64,000 nucleotides of DNA from the NCBI RefSeq assembly GCF_002113885.1, contig NW_018480057.1, positions 301,208 through 365,207 of the forward strand, given 5' to 3'. A program made the position numbers and the translations under genes. Source of the DNA: Mizuhopecten yessoensis (lineage: Eukaryota). This document shows, piece by piece, positions 50,476 through 64,000 of this stretch (positions are counted from its first letter, which is position 1; each line of letters starts with the position of its first letter). The notes beneath the pieces were generated by a model. That model had not been told where the DNA came from and made no database searches. It worked only from the letters and a program-made list of their open reading frames with translations.

Positions 50476-53349
50476 CATTGTGCTATATTTCATCGCATAT
50501 GGTGCCATTTGGACATCCTCAAAATTATGGATTCCGCTTTAGATACACATATCTTCTCTGCACTCCTGGGATATTCCATTTCAAAATCGAAGGCTCTTCA
50601 CGCGATACCTGGTGGATGATACAAGTCGATTAGTCTGACGAGCTTTTTTCGATTTTGTTATGACATACTCTAGAGTTGCGGTTGAGCAAATGAAAGAATC
50701 AAGGGCGGAAACCAAGGATTTCGATGATGATAGTCAGATTGTTCCAATGATTCACACCGTAAGCTTCCTTTTTGAGAGGCTTATTCTTGTGTACTGGTCA
50801 AACATAGATTTACTGATCGTGACGTCATTAAAATTCTGACATTGAAATCATTACGATAGGATTCATTGGCCAATGCTGCCTGTTAACTGGTTTATTTGAA
50901 TGAAATAGGTGACGAATAAGTATCAGCCATTTAAATGAATAAGGAGATACGGTTACATGTATAAGTATAAAGCCGAATGGTGTATATAGTTATTTACTCG
51001 TATTATTCTAAACATGACGCTGACAAAAGAGTTATAACGGGACTTATTCGATTTACCTGCAAAGCTCTTCAATTAAAGGATAATCGAATCTAATCAGAAC
51101 GCAGTGCAGGATTCCTCTCTAACTACAGGCAAACCAACAGATAATAGTTATTTGTACATACAGTAGCCCCCCCCCCCCACCCTTGATTTCGTCCATTAGA
51201 TAGCTACCACTGATCAGGTAATTCCCTACTGTTAAGCAATAGTAGATGATTAAAGGTCCAGGGTTCGTATCCTCGTATGGCCTTGTTATATTGTTTTCAC
51301 TCCCATCTCTGTTGTTGATTCTATTGTTTTTATCATGCATCTTTATTGATTATTTCATAATTTATTTCCGCAAGGCGTGATGTTCTTTTCAGAAGTAACG
51401 CCGGAAAAAATCATTTCCAGCCTGATTCCATCAAAGTTTATTATACTCTGTCTTGATTGTTTGACAAAAGTTGATAATTGATTTTTTTTGGGAAGGGAAT
51501 GGGTCTTAAAAGTTTGTTATTTTCTTAAAAGATCGTATCAAAATATCTTTTCGTCTTCACACTAATGAAAGACTTATACATATCCAAAACCGCAGTCACA
51601 TGTTTCTGTTGAAAATTTATTCGAAGTTCATTGACTCAGGGTTGGAAGTTCCGGATCATCAACATACAGAATTATATAGTATTTATTTCGCACATACGTA
51701 ATTTTAATGTATAGGTCAATGCATAGTTCATAGTACTATATCCCACACTGTTATACTATAACGTTAATAGACATGCAGATGATTATTGTTAAATCATATC
51801 AGATATATTTTGAATGTAAGTATATGAGGGGTTTTGTTCTTCAATTTTTATTATTATAGCCATTAAACATTGGGAAATGTAAACACTAACTGTTCCTTTT
51901 GTGTTTTGATGTGTTAACGCTGTGGTTTTAATTTTGTTTTGATGTCTTTTCGCTTTGGTTTATAATTGTTTTATCATATTGTTTTATCACATTGTTTTAT
52001 CACTGTTTTATCACATTGTTTTGGCTCTCGGCTTGGGTCGAGGACCCTTAGCAACACTGGATATCAGAACTCAGATTGTGTAGCAATGTTTCCGACAAAA
52101 CAAATGTGTGGAGAATTGGAACACAAACTTTTGAAAATTTCTTACTGGAATCTTACCCCATTTCACTGATCAAAACTGCTATATTAAATCTAGTTAATTG
52201 CAGCTGATAACCGGAGAGGGGATTAAATAAGGAGAGGTAAAACAGTTAACAAAACTGTAATGTAATTATAAAAACACCGCCGAACACTAGCAGATGACCC
52301 GTATTGATAACTCCTCTTAGAAGGATTGGTTATTAACTGTTTTAAGAATAATAACGACGTAAATAAATGCTTTATCTAGTCTAGAAAGCTTAATTGGTAA
52401 GCGAATGCTATGACTATTACTTACCGACGTTAACATCGAAAGGAACGAAAACAATATGCGGTCTAACGCCGGTCTCCTGGTCATAACGTCGTTATCAGTT
52501 TCATAGTTTCCATTCAGGTTACAAGTCCAGTTTCTTTTTTATTGCACTGCACTATATTTTTCTAATTTAACAAAAGTCCGTACAGATAAATTTGTGATAT
52601 GGTGTTGATCAAAGAAGTCATGAAATCTATATGTGTAATTTTTAATTTATTTGAAGTTTATTCATGAAACACTACAAACTTGTTAGAATAAAAATACTGT
52701 GCAGAATAACAACAGGAACCTACACATTGCGCCCAGAGCTTAGTGGCAATTGGTCTCTTGCTATTTCTTTATTGCTGTGTGATGTTTTATAGGTCTCGTT
52801 TCTAATGACAACACCATATCAACATACCTGCATCGGTCGGTCTTAGACAAAGAGACTGATTTGCTAAACACGTAAGACGTTATAATACACATGTTTAGAA
52901 TAAGGATGAGGTATGTAAAGTGTTAAGAAGTCAAATATTTTAACAGATGTTTTATAAAGATTAAATATCTCAAAACATATTTCTCTGATCCCTGTTTAAG
53001 TCAGTTACGCATGCTAATAATATAGAAAATTATTTTCTTGATCATTTAAAAATTGAGCAATTAAAATGACTCGGGATCAACACAGAACAGGAAGATCTGC
53101 ACCATTGTTCATATCTGGTACACACCGTACACACCAGATAATGCAATTCACGGCCTGAATATTAAAATCTGTATGATATGCTAAATACATTCTATTTGTC
53201 CAGGAAGGATATCTGCCCGAGTCGTATCTTGCTGTACTCGGTTTCTATAATAAACCATAACAACATCAATAACGGTTTCATTGTGGTGATGGTGCTTCTC
53301 GGTGTTTTTTTTATCCTTTCGCAATTGGTCTGCAAAAAAATATTGCATT

Positions 53350-53600
53350 ATGGGTGGATTGGTCGAGTGGTTAGAAACCCGACCTGCCACGCTGGCGGCT
53401 GGGGTTTGATCTCCGAAGTCGTCATACGCAGGGAATATTCAGAGAAAGTGTTTTTCTCCTACACACACAACTCCAACAACACAGGTGGAGTATAAAATAG
53501 TCTGGCGTGGATGTTGCGGTATTTGTGCTGTAGCATTCAATTGAGATGATAACGTTGGAAGCATGGTCCAACTACAAACAGAACATAATAAATCTCCAGC
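53350..53600 (+). mobile_element. Degenerate tRNA-headed SINE
   Basis: A-box-like tggtcgagtggttaga and B-box-like ggtttgatctcc followed by a non-tRNA body. Confidence 0.4.
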
Positions 53601-54368
53601 ACACACGCAGGCATACACACAAAGGGGAATATTAGCCAGATGGCATAGGACCAGTAGTTCGCGCCTGCGATTTCCTCAAAATTGTATTGATTAATGTATA
53701 TGCTTATTGTATAAATTGTATATCTATGTACTGTAAATCATTTTAGAGTGGCTTATTCTAGCGAGATAGGGCGCTATATCAAATGTTGTATATTATTATT
53801 AAGTATGTTGCTCAATTTTGTTGGGTTACCTGTGGTGACATAAAGGACAGTGCAACAGAATTTATGAATTTATACGAAGAACAAGAACTAGAGGCGGACT
53901 GTGGTTTCAGGTATTTTAAAATGAGTTTCTGCTGTTTCTTTATTTTTCTTAACTTTATATGTAATAACAATCATAGCTTTATGTGTTTTAAATGCAACTT
54001 AACATAAAATTGATAAGGGATGCTTAAAAAAAGTTTATTAAGCTAACTTAGGGATCCACCCTACATCACTGTGACTTTCATTTTAAAAGACTTCAACACT
54101 ACGAAACCTGTAAACTGCAGATTTTTATTCCTATATATATATTTACTGATTTTTTTTTTGATAGATTAAATGCAGATAAATTTGGAACGCAAACATATCT
54201 ATTTTTGAGGAAATCAGATAGTTCTATAAACACTTTCTGTTAAAAGGGCGATAATTTTAACACAGAATGCCTGTAAAATGCTTTTCAAAAACAGAAATAA
54301 AAAAAATAAAAAAACAAAAAACCAGAATACTGAAATGTCAACATTACTTACCTAGCATATGTGCTTAA

Positions 54369-54962
54369 GGTCATTGGAGTGTATTAATAAACGGAAACAG
54401 GAAGTACATCCCTTGTCGAAAATCCAATGTAGGGAGACAGTATCACAATTTCCGCAAATTCTAATGTTTAATATTAAACTGATGAATATTGTATGTTTAT
54501 TATTGACAAAACAGTGTGTTCTCTCAATATTAAAGTATTTCAAAGCAATCCAGGCTTTAATTCAGGTTTTTTTTTTATCAATGAGTCAATTTTTCTGTAC
54601 TTCAGGAAACCGGCTACCTATTTCACTACTGTGAAGTTTTTCAAGAACGATAACTCTTACCTGCATATCGTCTATAGAGAATTAATTTTACACAATTTCA
54701 GCATTTATTAAATTGATATACATTAATGCAATACTAATATATGTCAGTATCATTTTTATTGACATTATTTTGTAAAAATATTGTGTCTTTCATTTTTTTT
54801 TCAAAATTCACTCCATTTTACATAAATTTCCATTTAGAAACCTTAAAATTCTGACAACCTATATGTTTTTTTTTGTGGCAGAATATTTTCTTTACTTTAA
54901 AGCAATATAACTACAAAATTTGAAGAAATTCTACTGAGAAATGGTGACACAATCCTATTACC
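54369..54962. mobile_element. TTAA-flanked MITE (Kolobok-like)
   Basis: TTAA|GGTCATTGGAGTGT ... ACAATCCTATTACC|TTAA; imperfect TIR (11 of 14) with TTAA on both sides. Confidence 0.6.
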
Positions 54963-57241
54963 TTAATAGGTATTTACACCAAGTAACTAATGTTATATGA
55001 TATAACTGAGTCTAACATGGATGTTTAACTTTCAAGAATAAGTGTAACACCACTGGATAATGTTTCTACTCAATAAAGTAACTTACTAGTCCTAATAACA
55101 TTAATACTATCAATTATAACACACACACACAAATATGAAACAATGCAGTTATATTCAATCTTTAAATCTGTCAGTTTGATATAGCGATAAAAGGAAACAA
55201 AATATACTTGTCTATCACAATTTTATAACCGGACTTTTGTAAAATTTCATAATTTGGAAAACATTTTAAGATATAGTAAAATAATATTTATTTTTCATAC
55301 TGTTTCATTTCAGCTGTTTAAAAACTGGTCACAGTTCGCTTTATCCAATGTTCGCAGAATTTGATAGTCAATGTTAAGTGAAAATTAGCTCCATGCGAAA
55401 TATCAAACTTGACAAGTCTACATAATACGTCACTTCCGTGTGTATTAACTCCGCAATTCTCACGGTAACAAGGATACCACAAACGGTAGTGCAGCTCTTA
55501 TATAACCCTTAACCGACTAAAATCTCACGTACCGACACACCACTAAACTAAACCACGAGATAAAACAGACAATCCCATCACATATACAGGGTCGAAGTTT
55601 ATTTTTTTTGTTCAATTTCTGTTGTTTAATTTCTTTTTTTAGATTAGTTTAGTTAATCAATTCCAGTAATTTTACAGAAAATTATGATATCTTATGTTTA
55701 GGTCGGTATTGTACAGTAGATAAACTCCATGCTTTACAATCAATAGGTCTGGAAATCGATCCCTGTGGCGGAGATATTTTTTTATAAATAGAAAAATAAC
55801 TATTTCTTTTTATAACAGCTCTTTGCTAAATTGGCAAGCAACGCCAATTAGAAAAATGTCGAACAAAATAAAAGTCTTCTTCATTGGAGATAAAGTACAG
55901 GACGATGTACTAACTTAACATCTGAAATAGGACACATACTTACGCCGAATGGTTTAATTGTCGGTTCGTTCAGTTTAACAGCTAAGTGTATGCACGCTTA
56001 ACAGGTTGCATATCTGATTAAGGGTCAGAGCAATTTATGACTGAAGTCACGGAAAATTCACAAATAAACATTTCCACTGACTCTGCTTTAATAAACTTTT
56101 GTTTATATTTGATTTGCTATTGCTTGTTTTAATGTCGCAAATATCCATTTTGAAGACTTGGCACCGCCTCGTTAGTTAATACGCAGTTAGCGAAATCAAA
56201 CCAATTCATACACGTTCCTGGAAATACAGGAGGGGTGCCCTCTAATCCCTTAATTAAGTTAACATATATTCGAGCATCCCCAATAAGTAACGCGTGATTT
56301 TTGACGACACAAGGAGGGCCGTTCGTGGATATATATATATAGATATTGGTGAAGTGAACAATAACACTATTGATGACTCACATTAACTACGAACACCACC
56401 ATCATCATACATCCGAGAGTCCATACCACACTAGTGACATGAGAACCCATGGCCGGATGCTGTTCATTTTACGTACACATTCTTCCTATTACGGTTAATC
56501 GGCTATACACAGTGTATGATACTGCTGGACACTAGGCTAGATAAATATTCAAGGTAAAGTATTAATCTTCAACATAATGCCACAACACTGCACAAGATAT
56601 AATTGAAAATATTATCCCGAATTCCTTTGATTTTGATTATTTTCTACTTTTAAATTTAGATTAATAGATGGTTAATAGATTTTGTTTTGATGTTTTTCAT
56701 TGTATCAATTAATTCTTCATTAAAATGTAATAGTAGAGGACTAAATAAGTAACACATCATCGAATTAATTTGTTGATAAGATGTATTATTTGGAATTATT
56801 GCGTTATTGTAGACATATATTATGTTACGCTGGTGAATTCATTTTCGCCTCACACCCTTCTTACTTTTGTTATGTGTGACATCGTTAAAATCATTCTTGT
56901 TATACAGAGTTGTAATCACTACGCTTAGTTAATGCTGTAGAATGGATATTAGTTATAAGAATACAGAACATGACAATATCCTAAAATTATGTTGGTGAAA
57001 CAAAACAGTACATTTTTTTAACAGCTTCCATTCTACCAAAATGCTTCTTTGTTTACATTTACATTAATTTTTTGCTTTGTTGAAACCTGTGATATTTACT
57101 GTGATATATATATATATCTATAAATTATTTATTTAAATGTGACGTTTCTGGTATTACATATTGTTATGTATTTGGTACATTATTACACGGGCATTCTTAT
57201 TGCATTCAGGGTTGCAGAATCGGTGTTAATTAAACCAAGTG

Positions 57242-60200
57242 ATGTTTCTAATGCTGATTTTGCTGTTCCTGACGACTGTTGAGAGCGAGTTACATGGCGA
57301 CCATGTGTGTACGTATAATAACGGGTAAGAATTCCCAGTTATCGATAAATCATATTTTTCTGATATACCTGCTTATCATAACTTATCATTTCTTCGTTCT
57401 TTCAATCACAAAACGAAAATTAACACAAATATTCCGAGTGATATAGCATCAGTAAAGGCACTAACCGTCGGTATCCTTGTTGCACGTAAATCACAAGTAT
57501 TTGGATAGTTTTTATCACTTGTATTGTATCAATATCTTTATCATAGTAAAGTTGTGTGGATTATTTTACAATACCTCGTTACTGTCAGTTCTGCACCTGC
57601 CATCCTTTGTAGAGAGTGCTTACTCCTGGAGGTTTGTATCAAGAAAGAGTCACTGCCATTGTCTTGAGAATTCCTCATGTTTCAACATTGGTTTAGACAT
57701 ATTTTGATTTGCATCTTGTTGGCCCTAAGCATCACCAAAGAGTCCTAACAGGACGAGACAGTTGTGTAATTTATATTTGGGATACCATATCTTATATCAA
57801 ATTGTATAAGTGTGATTTCGTATGTGTGTTAAGTTAACCACCTACTTTACTTTAAAGTCCTATTCTCTCCTGTTTATATTTTTGAGACATGGTGTAGGAA
57901 TTAGTAGGAATTAAGCATAAAACCCAAACTTTGTCATTTACCAGTTCCGGTAAATAATACAACGAATACTTGTATACTTTTTTTATGAACTCTTACTATG
58001 TCAGTTATTTATTCTGTTCCAGAACACTACACTATAAAACCATCACGAAGATTACAAAGGTTGACACCAAGGTAGCACAATGTCACGCACGAAACAGTTT
58101 TGGCTGTATTAGATGGGAGTACTAGTAAGTATTCATTAATGTGTTCATTGTATTTTTGGTTACGCCTTCAGCACTGACAATTGTTTGTATTTTTGGTTAC
58201 GCCTCCAGCACTGACAATTGTTTTGTATTTTTGGTTCCGCCTTCAGCACTGACAATTGTTTGTATTTTTGGGTACGCCTTCAGCACTGACAATTGTTTTG
58301 TATTTATGGTTACGCCTTCAGCACTGACGATTGTTTGTATTTTTGGTTACGCCTTCAGCTCTGACAATTGTTTGTATTTTTGGTTACGCCTCCAGCACTG
58401 ACAATTGTTTTGTATTTTTGGTTCCGCCTTCAGCACTGACAATTGTTTTGTATCTTTGGTTACGCCTTCAGCACTGACAATTGTTGTGTTTGTTTGGTGA
58501 CGCCTTCAGCACTGACAATTGGTTTGTAGTCATGGTTACGCCTTCAGCACTGACAATTGTTGTGTTTGTTTGGTGACGCCTTCAGCACTGACAATTGGTT
58601 TGTAGTCATGGTTACGCCTTCAGCACTGACAATTGTTGTGTTTGTTTGGTGACGCCTTCAGCACTGACAATTGGTTTGTAGTCATGGTTACGCCTTCAGC
58701 ACTGACAATTGTTGTGTTTGTTTGGTGACGCCTTCAGCACTGACAATTGGTTTGTAGTCATGGTTACGCCTTCAGCACTGACAATTGTTTTTGTATTTAT
58801 GGTTACGCCTTCAGCACTGACAATTGTTTGGATTTTTGGTTACGCCTTCAGCACTGACAATTGTTTGCATTTTTGGTTACGCCTTCAACACTGACAATTG
58901 TTTTTATTTTTGGTTACGCCTTCAGCACTGACAATTGTTTTGGATTTTTGGTTACGCCTTCAGCACTGACAATTGTTTTTTTTTTTGGGTACGCCTTCAG
59001 CACTGACAATTGTTTTGTTTGTTTGGTGACGCCTTCAGCACTGACAATTGTTTTGTATCTTTGGTTACGCCTTCAGCACTGACAATTGTTGTGTTTGTTT
59101 GGTGACGCCTTCAGCACTGACAATTGGTTTGTAGTCATGGTTACGCCTTCAGCACTGACAATTGTTGTGTTTGTTTGGTGACGCCTTCAGCACTGACAAT
59201 TGGTTTGTAGTCATGGTTACGCCTTCAGCACTGACAATTGTTTGCATTTTTGGTTACGCCTTCAACACTGACAATTGTTTTTATTTTTGGTTACGCCTTC
59301 AGCACTGACGATTGTTTGTATTTTTGGTTACGCCTTCAGCCCTGACAATTGTTTTGTATTTTTGGTTACGCCTTGAGCACTGACTATTGTTTGTATTTTT
59401 GGTTACGCCTTCAGCTCTGACAATTTTTTTGTATTTTTGGTTCCGCCTTCAGCACTGACAATTGTTTGTATTTTTGGTTACGTCTTCAGCACTGACAATT
59501 GTTTTGTTTGTTTGGTGACGCCTTCAGCACTGGCAATTGTTTTGTATTTTTGGTTACGCCTTCAGCACTGTCAATTGTTTGTATTTTTGGTTACGCCTTC
59601 AGCACTGACAATTGTTTTGTTTGTTTGGTGACGCCTTCAGCACTGACAATTGTTTTGTATTTTTGGTTACGCCTTCAGCACTGACAATTGTTTTGTCAAA
59701 ACAGCTACATTCAATGTTATCTATTGTAAATATCAACCTGGCCGTTCTTAAATATTAAGATGATTTTATACTTATTATCTTTCAATTTAAACAACACAAT
59801 AGAAATAATTATGTAGAAACATACATCTAGTCATAGTCGATGCAGCCTCTGACTGGCTATTGTCACAAAAGTAAAATAGAGCTTAGATGTAGGATGTTAG
59901 TGCTAACAGGTTAAAAAAAACACCACCCAAACAACAATAAATAGATTAAAGTTACTGTAAACATTTGTGATATCTCCTCTGATACACTTCATTATTTCCT
60001 TCCATATCCTGAAAAAGGGTAGTTCATCTGTGATCTAAGACACATTTAACAAGACGATGACAGACACCTAAGGCTTGGAAACAAGACGATGGTCGTGTGT
60101 ATATGTTCTCTCCTAGGTAGAGACAGTTCAGAGATGTGGATTTAATTTTTCTGATTTCATGATGTCATGTTGGTTTAAGATATGTGTTTGTAGTATGCTT

Positions 60201-62808
60201 ATTGAATATAACAGATAAAAACACTAAATGAAAATGAGATTGCTTGAACAAATGTAAATACTGGCCTCATTCAAATATTATTATTCCCAAACAGTTTTCT
60301 TGGGAACTTATAAAGAGATTGATTCAAAAAGAAATGAAATGCTTTCAAACCCTATGTCATATTACCAGGATAACAGTAAGGACTAACAATTGTTCTTTGG
60401 CCGTTATATCGACCTTCTTAAATCATTCAAAACAGTTTGTAGATATTATTCTACATTATATTTTCAACAAATATGAATTAATTCTGTATCATCCATAAAT
60501 TAACTGACTTGATGTTTAAATTTCAGTACGAATATTTCATAAGTTCACTTACTTGCTGTTTGAATTTCACTAGCAAGATTTTGTTAGCTAATAATTGACG
60601 TGATGTTTTACTTTCCGTAGGAATATTTTGTAACTTCACTGACTTCTTTAAATTTCAGTATGAATGTTTCAACTCACGAAAACGTCAGTTACATGGTAAA
60701 CCGCCATGTTCAGGCTTGTTGCATAGGCTTCTATGAGATCAACGGGAAATGTGAAGGTATGCATACGTTGCAAAAAGATGTGTATATGTTGCCATGTATG
60801 TAAGGGTGATAAACATAGGGTGCAATGCGCATGTGGATATATATGTCAAAGACTCACTTGGAGGTATGCATCAATTTTAACGGTAGTAATATTGATGAAG
60901 TGCGTTTCAGCACCCAGTCATACAGCAAGCTTCCCCAAAAGTTGAATAGTCAAATAAAAAGCAGTAATACCGAAATATGAATTGAAATATGCCATTTATT
61001 GCAAAAAAGAGATAAAATAAAATCATGTATACAAAACATGTCACGTAGTTTATTCCAAAATCAACGTAAAATAAAAACATGTATACTAAACATAGCACAT
61101 ACTGACCTGAATACATATAGGCATTATGCCAAATAAAAACATTTTATTTGACTATTAAAGGAGGGGGGCAAAAACAGGATTACAGTTGTATGTCACCTGG
61201 CCTTACTAAATGCAGCCAACCCCCATCCGCAGCTTTATGACTGCATGTATTAAAATGAAAGAGAGTGATGTGTATATGTACACCATGCTACCTACACCTT
61301 GTATAGAATTATAATACAAAACATACAATTACTCGTCAAAGATATACTGAAATATACATATATGTACAGTACATGTTTCATATTTTTTTTTATAAATGTT
61401 GACATTATATTTTTGTCAATGCGACAGGTGAATGATAAAAATTATGAACTCGTTCATTTCATCCGAAGGATTATCAAATAGGATAAAACTACAGGCTAGT
61501 AGAGGATTTTGTATGAATTCAAAAATCCTTAAAGCGAAATATCCCTTTTCCACAACCATGGACATGAACATTTTCTTTTCTCATTCCAATCACCATAAGT
61601 AACATAGAATCCACGAGAAAACGACGCAGTTTCCGCATCGTGGCATCGGAATGTTCTTGATTTCATGACGTCATGTCATTGTTGAATTTGTAACGCCAGA
61701 CGCATGAAACAGAGTGTAGGATGGAATTTTCTCAAGCTCCGTTTTTCGCTAGACAGTTCTATCATATACATACAAGATTGAGAGAAAGAAATGAAGGTCA
61801 ATGGCACACATGAAAATATGATTTAAGCTCGGCTTTTCCTCACAATCGTACACTTTTCAGGTTATATTGTATAACCATTAAATTCCCTACAACACCAAAA
61901 AAGGTGACATCACATACTGAAACTACTTTTTAACCATCACGTTTGAGTGTGTCCTCAAAAAAGATAGATATTCAGTAATTATGCCTTAAAACATGTTGTC
62001 TATTTATGACCAAATGGGATGGGGCGCTATTTGCATGAACAGCTTCGAGGGTTCATGAAAAGTGCACATACCTTTATTCGATATTTACTGATAATCTCCC
62101 ACAAACGGTTCTATTCCGTGAATGTAAAGGTCAGAGACATATTTGAACGTATGCATATACAGGTAAACGAGACATATGAATATAAACATCTACAAGTCAA
62201 CGAAAGCAAATTTTATAATGCCATGAGAACGTGGTCAAGAAATATCAGCCTGAGATCAGTGTTTAATCCATAATGAGGAAATGTCTAATTCTGGACGAAA
62301 GGAATATGGTCTTAAGGATTCACATTAATGTCTTTTCGTAGCCTTTTCTATTAAAATAACAACTAGCGAAATATTGGTTATTTAGAGTGAACGTTATAAA
62401 AAATATATGTAGTTTTAAAGTAAGCAATCAAAGTACAAGTAAGTATCATGTTTACAGAAAAAAAGAGACACTGAGGTCAATCACGTATCGATACATGAAC
62501 GAAAACGACATAGTTATCAGATAAATAAATATTTCATTTAATATCATTTGATGCATGTTACACTAGAGTGACACATTGGTCAATGAGTTTTTAATTTATG
62601 TCTGTCTGTTATTATTTTGAAATCATTAATTCGAAACAAATATTGAAAATTTTAAAAGAAATCTTTTGTGAATTTTCAGCATGTGAGCAAGGCCACTACG
62701 GCTGGCGGTGTGAACGCGACTGCGGGTGTTCAGCAAATTCAACATGCGACTCAGAAACTGGGCAGTGTTCATGTCTGCCAGGCTTAATAGGTCAAAATTG
62801 TGATGAAG
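57242..62808 (+). CDS. EMI-domain + EGF-repeat protein (Draper/MEGF10/11-like), 5' portion
   Basis: In-phase exons: 57242-57324 (signal peptide MFLMLILLFLTTVES + GDHVC), 58023-58124, 60659-60756 (ACCIGFYEINGKCE, EMI C-terminus), 62680-62808 (CEQGHYGWRCERDCGC...CDSETGQCSCLPGLIGQNC). Probable non-coding upstream exon ends ~56552; 3' end unresolved. Confidence 0.82.
58147..59697. repeat. 39-40-bp minisatellite (~39 units)
   Basis: Unit ttggttacgccttcagcactgacaattgttt(t)gtatttt, beginning ~23 nt after the exon-2 donor. Confidence 0.95.
60500..60670 (+). repeat. ~44-bp decayed repeats of the EMI gene exon-3 acceptor
   Basis: actgacttgatgtttaaatttcag|tacgaatatttca (~60503) versus true actgacttctttaaatttcag|tatgaatgtttca (exon start 60659), with two more diverged copies between. 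Confidence 0.7.
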
Positions 62809-64000
62809 GTATTATAAATTTAACTCAGAAATCTTTCATACTATTTAGAAAAACAATAACATTTATGTTGCTATCTCGTATGATGATCACCCGATATCAA
62901 AAGATTGCAAATCGAGGAAAGCATGTTCATAGGTCCACCATTAAATGGTCAAGACATAAACGACATATTTAGGATATCGAATTCCTTTTCGTGATGTATA
63001 ATGTTAATATATTCATCATGTTTTATTAATAGAACGAAAATGAATTGAAGAGAGCTTGCAATTGGCTAATGCCAAATAAAACACCGTCTTAACTTGCTCC
63101 GAATTACATAGTATACTGTAAATGTTTATATTAAGCGGTATTCTAATTTCAGCGGGGTTATTTTTGTCCCTTTAAATGTTGCACTTGATTTCGCTAATTG
63201 AAGTCTGTGTTTATTATGTTATATTGCATCTATTGTTAGTGCGCCAATTTAACAATGCATTAATCATTTAAAATTCGTTTATACGCTAAAATCTGAGTCC
63301 GCTAAAATAAGTAATTTTACAGTATAACAAAACTATTTGGGCGTGTTATTACTCGCCATACAATTCTGACTTTTGTGATGAATATCTGTTGTAAACTTAT
63401 CTTTATAGGAGATTATACGAGTAAATCACCTTGTACCATGTCACCGCTATAAACCATTGATGGGCCTCTTGTGTAACGTCTAGCGGGCTTGTCTACCTGT
63501 AGCACGGCTATATCTAAACAACTCCCCCAATTGTAATGCCCGTATTGCCAATCCGGTGATGAAGAGATAAAATATAACGATACACATACGGGTTGTAAAT
63601 ACATTTCAATTATCCATTATATTTTATTTTTCCCTTGTGTGTCCGTATTTCATTATGATCGTACTATTTTGTGAGAGTGTAAAACGGAGGCAATGTTCAA
63701 TAGTCCCTTTATGTCATCTGATCCTGCTTTTGAATTCCCTTTTTGACGATAATCGCAAATATTCCTGAAAGTTTTTCACGTCTAATTTATCAATTTTCAG
63801 TTGCACCTGTTAAAGTAAAAGATAAGTTAACATAACGTTTTCACATATCCAGCGGTGTTGTGTTGTAAGAATATTAAAGAACGATATTCGCAAGCTTTTA
63901 ATACATATATATATATATATAACTTAAAACCTTTTGAATACATGACTAAAACGAAATAATTATCATATATGAAATTTTTGCTCCTTTAACATGGATTATC

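Noticed and set aside
58141-59684. Repetitive hydrophobic ORFs (VTPSALTIVCIFGYAFSTDNC)
   Set aside because: Translations of the 39/40-bp minisatellite.

Overview
AT-rich, intron-rich animal genomic DNA; the repeat repertoire looks bivalve/mollusc-like (inference). Four spliced genes can be built by hand with GT-AG introns and consistent reading phases. (1) The 5' part of TOP3B (minus strand, 9 exons, runs off the left edge). (2) A complete 19-exon MCM9 (plus strand, ~1299 aa), head-to-head with TOP3B across only 253 bp. (3) An ~414-aa single-pass EGF/laminin-EGF receptor with a tyrosine-motif-rich tail. (4) The 5' part of an EMI+EGF (Draper/MEGF10-like) gene. Mobile DNA includes a hAT-like element with a 6-bp TSD and a nested MITE, several other MITEs, Helentron/HINE-like elements, LINE fragments and a miniature LTR element whose LTRs carry a tRNA-like Pol III promoter. 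The most striking pattern is that intronic tandem repeats are repeatedly built from copies of the adjacent splice junction: ~60 copies of the MCM9 exon-7 acceptor, ~33 copies of the exon-11 donor, and smaller or decayed versions at four more MCM9 junctions and one junction of the EMI gene. All coordinates, counts and alignments were made by eye; no database searches were run.
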